Assembly (NCBI GenBank): GCA_043228905.1
Contig: JBHGNT010000017.1
Coordinates: forward strand, 1,736,001-1,800,000
Origin: Azolla caroliniana
Taxonomy: Eukaryota > Plantae > Polypodiophyta
Length of the DNA stretch: 64,000 bases
Direction of reading: 5' to 3'
The notes beneath the pieces were generated by a model. The model had not been told where the DNA came from. It made no database searches and was given only the letters and a program-made list of their open reading frames with translations. Both the position numbers and the translations under genes were made by a program. Below, in pieces: positions 58,133 through 64,000 of the stretch (positions are counted from its first letter, which is position 1; every line of letters begins with the position of its first letter).

Positions 58133-58886
58133 GTTCTGCTGCTACTCAAACCACTCGATTTATACCTCCCTTCTTCCCCGTCCTCTCTATGTGGGACAAA
58201 TAGAAGATACACTCTCTATCTTCACTTTTCCATTTCCGCTCTTAATGTATGTTATATGTACGCATTCCCTTCGCCATGACACACTCAGCACTACCACTAC
58301 TACTACTTTTACTAACCATCATATCCCGTGATGTTTCCCTCATTGCACAATCTATGATATACATAATGTGGTACATGTGTTGCTTCTTAGATGCTATACG
58401 AAGCAAAATGAAACTAGTCCATGAGTGAGTGGGCACTACTCACTACCCATTATTGTACATGAAAACTCACATCCTAACCACCAAATTTGTGTTGGATGCT
58501 AATCCTCGAGGAATTTGAGAGGGGCAATATTCCACATGGTTCAAATGTTGCATCCAACATTGGAAAAGTTGTCTAGACGAGAAATGGGGGACACACGAAT
58601 TTGTGTGCCAAATGACTTCTCCAATGAAGAGGTGGACCCTTGTTCGACGACACACATTAGTTATGCCAACTTGTTGGTTTGTGAACTTGTATGAACATTT
58701 TACCCACCAACTACAACGAGATTTAGTACAACCCCTCCTTAATCTTTAATTTGAGTTTAAGATTGATTAGGGTTAAGAGCTAATTAAGCCAAACTCTAAT
58801 CACTTCATTCTTGTAAGTGTGTGACACACTCTTTCATAATAAGTTGTGTGCATTATCTCTTACTCTTTTCACGTATGTAATGTTAA

Positions 58887-59949
58887 GGGAAAAGTACCAA
58901 GATACCCCTGGAAGTTCGTCTATTTACCAGAATGCCCCTGGAAGTTCCAAATTTACCAAACTACTACCTCTATGTCCAAAAAAATACACATTATAAAGTA
59001 ATTATACACTCAAATCTACAAGCCCTATTTACCAAAATACCCTTCAAACACAAATTTCTTTACTTACACGATTGTTTGGGTCCTTTGTACCTAACAATGT
59101 AGTCTTTCTTTTCTTTCTTCTTCATTGGGTTTATCAATCATCTTCATCATCAAGATATGGGGTTATCTTGTGCATTATTAGATATTTTGTTGAGTCGATA
59201 GATATATTTGATTGTGTGGATATTTTTGGAATTACACTTTTTATAAACGGGTCAAAATTAACATGTAATTATTACATTTCGATAATTAATTTTGGTTTGC
59301 GAGTATTTTTGAAATTGATAAGATTGAGGAGATTTAGTTGTGATTGCATTTTGCTAACAAAATTTAGTTTAAAACCATGAAATTTGGTTTAAGATGGCAT
59401 TTTAATAGCAAAGTGTTATGTGAGATTTCGTTTAAAATGACATTTTGGTAGCAATGTTTTTCATGAGATTTGGTTTAACATTTTGGCTGCAAATTGTTTG
59501 TGAATTCGTAAATTCATGGAATTTGGCTTCAAAATGGCATCCCAATGGTAAAATTTGGTGTGCGATCAAATGTTTTGGTTTTAAGATTAAATTTTGGTCA
59601 CTTCAATCAAAAAAATTATAACTCGGTGTAAATTCATAGAATTGGATTTTAAGGTGACCTTTCAATTGAAATTATTGATATATAATATAATTTTGATAAT
59701 TTAGTTTGATTGATGATGTATTTTGAAAAATAAAAGTGGTATAAATTGGTCAAAATAGGTATATAGTGGCATTATGGTAAATAAGTTTAGGTTTAAGGGT
59801 ACTCTGGTAAATAAGGCTTGTAGATTTGAGTGTATACTTACTTTATAAAGAGTCTTTTTTTGGACATAGGGGTAGTTTGGTAAATTTGGAATTTCCGGGG
59901 GCATTCTGGTAAATAGACGAACTTTCAGGGGTATCCTAGTACTTTTCCC
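58887..59949. mobile_element. Non-autonomous MULE (unit 2)
   Basis: Same TIRs as 17920-18982 and the same 9-bp TSD TAATGTTAA at 58878-58886 and 59950-59958. Confidence 0.92.
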
Positions 59950-61269
59950 TAATGTTAATTTGTATACTCTATCAAGAATGAAAGATCAAGCGAGAGAGAG
60001 AACCACTAGGGTTACTTAAGCTAATAGCTCATGAGTGACCGACATCCACTATTGCCATATTCTCTACTAATAGAGTATACGTTGATCCGGATCCTCAACC
60101 CAATGATATTGATGGGAGTCATAACTCCATTGATACATAAAACACGTTCTTGTTCATGCACATAGAAACCACACATGGACTACCCCCAACACAATCATGT
60201 GTTGCACAAAAGAAGAGCATCATACCCCACCAACAGATACATAATGCAAAACACAACCATCACACAACGAAAAGTGGCTCTCTTAGAACACAACAACGTG
60301 AGCCCGACACAAGCAACACCTAATTGACAACTGCAACCCAAAGGCCCACCACAATCCCCTAGCTCAAATTGAACACACTAACCACTGGAGGATATAAAGC
60401 AAATTGGAGACCCACAAAGATACGACGATACCTGAGTGCACATGGAACTCTCAGCCATCACGTTTGTCCATCTAACAAAGGACACTCGACAAGCCAAAAC
60501 ACTTCATGTTGTGAAGGTTACACAATTATAACCACAACTAGACGTTTGGACTAGAGACCAAAAAAACAAAATCCCTACCTTGACCATGCAAGAACAGAAG
60601 CCAACACACTTCAAAATCAAATAGGACAACTCAAAACTAAACTAGTCATGCTCTTAGCCAAAGTGGAGGCCATGAAAGATTGAATAAATATAACCTCTAG
60701 CGTGCAAAAGGAGGGCGGAGCTAGAAAAGCATATTAGTGTCCTATGCACAACCAAGCAAGTACTAGAACGACACCCAAGACAAATGCGCACCAGCTTCCC
60801 AACTCCAACAAAATAGCTCAACTCCACTTGAGTATGCAAAGAGGGTTCGACAAACCTCGTCAAGAGCGAATCAAATGCCATACCATCACATATGGTTTGA
60901 GCAGTACTTGTGTACACAAGGACAACTTCATACCAAACAAAGCTATTTATAACTCCCTTGTACACCTTGAGTAATCATGTAACAAATGAAACAAGCTCTT
61001 TTGGTTTTGTTGACCACAAAGAAGGTGTTCAAGGAATATTGGCAATGCCCATAATTGGCTAGCAAACAATGTAAAAGAATTCCTCGGCACCTCCTAGATG
61101 CAATACGTCAAACTTCCCCCTCTCAACTTCCAACGCCTCCCCCATTGCCTTCAACATCCTCTCAATTGTGCTCCAAGCCCCACCTACTCCATCCTCAACA
61201 ACACAACTCCACCCCTTCCCAACAACACCCCATGCCCCGTCCCCCCCCCCCCCCCCCATCTGCATCAAG

Positions 61270-61560
61270 ACCCTCTCTCTCAGATGATCCCTCCCACTCT
61301 CTCTCACGTCTGTGGTCTCGACTCTCTCTCCCTCTCCCTCTCTCTCCCCTCTATGTAGTTCTTCTCTCTCTCTCTCTCTCTCTCCTTATATGTTGTCTCC
61401 CTCCCTCTCTCTCTCTCTCCTCATTTGTGTAGTCTCTCTCTCTCTCTCTCCTTATATGTTGTCTCCCTCCCTCTGTCTCTCTCTCCTCGTCTATGTAGTT
61501 CTCCCTCCCTTACTCTCTCTCTCTCTCTTTCCCCTTGTCTGTTGTCTCTCTCCCCCTCTC
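61270..61560. repeat. CT-rich low-complexity microsatellite tract
   Basis: (CT)n runs interspersed with TATATGTTGT/TATGTAGT units. Confidence 0.85.
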
Positions 61561-61564
61561 TAAA

Positions 61565-61750
61565 GTTTATAAACGACTTAAACGGTTTATCCGGCTTGAG
61601 CCGGTTTGGCGAGGCTCAAGCCAAGCCGAGCCGAGCTCAAACCGTTAAGGCAAGTTCAAGCCTAAACCGAGCCGAGCCGAGCCGCTAAGCCGTTTTCAAG
61701 CCGGCTAAGCCAAACGGTTTAGGCTTGAGCCGAGCCGTTGCCGATCCCTA
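61565..61750. mobile_element. Probable hAT-type DNA transposon end
   Basis: Clustered GAGCC/AAACGG subterminal repeats end in GTTGCCGATCCCTA, i.e. a TAGGGATCGGCAAC terminus. A related TAGGAATCGGCAAC occurs near 61794. Confidence 0.55.
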
Positions 61751-62438
61751 ACCTAGCATATGAAAGAGAGACAAAGTGAGATGCTATCTGCATTAGGAAT
61801 CGGCAACAACTTAGTTTCTGCTTATCCAGTTTGGTGGACAAGGCCAAACTGGTTTGGAAGTTATCGAGCTTGAATCAAACTAATTCCAAACCACTTAAGC
61901 CTTAACATGCTTTATGTCTTGGGATTAAGCCTTAACATACTTTATGTATATTGGTATTGGCCGCCTTTGTTGTTGTTCTGAACATCCCCTCAATATTATC
62001 ATGATTCATTGGCACGTTCTTAGTGGTGATAAGGAGTGTTTGTCATCGCATCCGGCAATACTAGAATAAGGATAAAATCTGTATGCTTTAGAAGATTGAC
62101 CAGGAATTGGCGAATCTGTGGTGGGTTCAGCTTTGTTAAGTGGGATAGTGGGTGGCGGCAAAGTCCATGGGGAGTCATACGTCCGGGTCGGGAGTTACTC
62201 TATAAATGAATGACTTATCCTGCTTCTTTGACGTAATCAATTACTCCGCAAGGCATCCATTGCTGTTCATCACTCCCCTTCCCATCTTCAAACGTATTCA
62301 TTACGTTGGTTGCAGTTGGTTTCCTCTATTCCAAAACTTCCATCTCTTTCACTCACTCACTCCCCCTCCTCCATCGTATCCTACACTCCGTTCCTCCTCG
62401 GTTGGTTTCGACCATCCTTAATATTCCGTTTTCACTAG

Positions 62439-64000
62439 ATGCCGAGCTTCCCATGCACTCTCCCTCTCCTCTCAATCCTTATTCTCATCATACATTCGGC
62501 AATGCCAGCGGAGATTGTGGCTGTGGCGACTGCGCCCGCGCCCACCTCCTCCGATGACATGGCAGTAGCACAAGCACAAGCACAATCACAAGCACAAGCT
62601 CTCGTGACAATTAAGGATGCCGTCACCCACGACCCCTCTTCTTGCCTCTCCTCCTGGACCGCCACCTCCACCTCCACCTCCTCCAACTCTACTAATGATG
62701 TTATCCACACCACGGCACCGCCCTCCTACTGCCCCTCTAACGGCACTGCCGGCTGGTACGGCCTGCTCTGTGATGACAGCTTCCACATCACCTCCCTCAA
62801 CCTCTCCTACTGCGACCTCTCTGGTTCTATCTCCCCTTCTCTCGCTCTTCTCCCTTCCCTCTCTCATCTCGATCTCTCCTACAACAACTTCTCAGGCCCC
62901 CTCTCTTCCTCCCTCTTCTTCACCCACCAACCAACCAACTCCTCCAGCCTCACATACCTCGACCTCAGCTACAACGCCCTCCTCTCTGGTGCCATCCCCC
63001 CTTCCCTCATCCTCAACTCCCCAAACCTCCAAACCCTGCGCCTTAGACACACTGGCCTCAGCGGCCTTGTTCCTCCAGAGCTGTGGACCCATCTCCCGGC
63101 TCTTCAGTACCTCTACATCACTGACACCTGGTCCGACTCCTCACCCCCACTTCTCAGCATCTCGCCCACCTCTTTTCCAGCGACTGCGAATTTCTCTTTC
63201 TGTGCTACCATTGAAGCGTTTGTACTGTTTGGCCTTGATGCATCCGGGGCATCCTTTCCCTCTTCCTTGGGAGATTGCCAACAGTTGCAGATCTTGTCCT
63301 TGACTGTCGCGGGTCTACAAGGATCCATCCCCCCATCCATTTGGCAGCTTCCTCACCTCCAAACCCTGGTAATCCAAGATCTTAATGTGATAGACACTGT
63401 GGATGGTTATCCCTACGAGCCACGCCCCTACAAGCTCCACGGGTCACTGCCATCCACTTTTGGCTTCTGTAGCGCTGCTGGATCTACCATCGAAGACATG
63501 TACATAGATGGCATCAATCTCACTGGCCACATTCCTGCTTCTATTGGCACCTGTGCCTCTCTGCAGAATCTGGATCTCTCTCACACAAGCCTGGAAGGCC
63601 CCATCCCTTCTAGCCTCGGCAACCTCACCCAGCTGCAGACCTTGTACCTCCAGAGCAACAACCTGACAGGCAAGATACCAGCTGCGCTCGGTAGCTGCTC
63701 ACAACTCACCGACCTTCGACTGGGGTTCAACCCTCTCATGGGTTCCATCCCCAGTGAGCTGGGAATGCTCATAAACCTCCAGGTACTCTCTCTCTTTACG
63801 GCCAACCTTGAGGGTCCAGTTCCCGTTGCGCTTTGCAACTGTACCCAAATGGAATGGTTCGACGTGGGGTGGATGCCCCAATCTGATGTCTTCACCTTCC
63901 TTCCACCAGAATATCCCCTGTCCCTGGGTCTTACAGGGAGCATACCTGAATGTTTCAGTAGAATGCCAAACCTACAAACGCTGGCATGGCAGCTTAGCCA
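62439..64000 (+). CDS. LRR-RLP paralog, 5' part (runs off the window end)
   Basis: MPSFPCTLPLLSILILIIHS... is colinear with and highly similar to 21596-23138. The frame appears open to the window end. Confidence 0.93.
   Translation, partial: MPSFPCTLPLLSILILIIHSAMPAEIVAVATAPAPTSSDDMAVAQAQAQSQAQALVTIKDAVTHDPSSCLSSWTATSTSTSSNSTNDVIHTTAPPSYCPSNGTAGWYGLLCDDSFHITSLNLSYCDLSGSISPSLALLPSLSHLDLSYNNFSGPLSSSLFFTHQPTNSSSLTYLDLSYNALLSGAIPPSLILNSPNLQTLRLRHTGLSGLVPPELWTHLPALQYLYITDTWSDSSPPLLSISPTSFPATANFSFCATIEAFVLFGLDASGASFPSSLGDCQQLQILSLTVAGLQGSIPPSIWQLPHLQTLVIQDLNVIDTVDGYPYEPRPYKLHGSLPSTFGFCSAAGSTIEDMYIDGINLTGHIPASIGTCASLQNLDLSHTSLEGPIPSSLGNLTQLQTLYLQSNNLTGKIPAALGSCSQLTDLRLGFNPLMGSIPSELGMLINLQVLSLFTANLEGPVPVALCNCTQMEWFDVGWMPQSDVFTFLPPEYPLSLGLTGSIPECFSRMPNLQTLAWQLS

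Larger units (their letters stand above)
34215..64000 (+). repeat. Second copy of the tandem segmental duplication (paralogous to 1 to about 23138)
   Basis: Colinear high identity across Copia-A, spacer, U2 stub, Copia-C, U1, MULE and the RLP. It differs by transposon insertions and a replaced RLP upstream region. Confidence 0.96.

Overview
This is nuclear DNA of a land plant, probably a non-seed plant such as a fern, lycophyte or bryophyte; that assignment is inferred from the transposon lineages. The window holds two adjacent copies of a recent tandem segmental duplication (position 1 aligns to about 34215; core period about 28.7 kb). That duplication is built from an older repeating module: spacer, U2 snRNA (+), U1 snRNA (-), then an intronless LRR receptor-like protein gene (+). 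The module occurs three times, with one intact RLP (21596-24793), one deleted pseudogene (about 30410-31870) and one RLP running off the window end (62439 onward). There is one full U2, two 5' U2 stubs, three full U1 genes and two truncated U1 copies, and all promoter-bearing copies I measured have an unusually short 22-nt USE-TATA spacing. The modules carry nested LTR retrotransposons: several Ty1/copia elements, a Tcn1-like chromovirus that appears to self-prime and its solo LTR, and a tRNA-Trp-primed non-chromovirus Ty3/gypsy. A non-autonomous MULE, a mitochondrial rrn26 fragment and a fold-back inversion are also present. All calls come from reading the sequence by eye; no database search was run.
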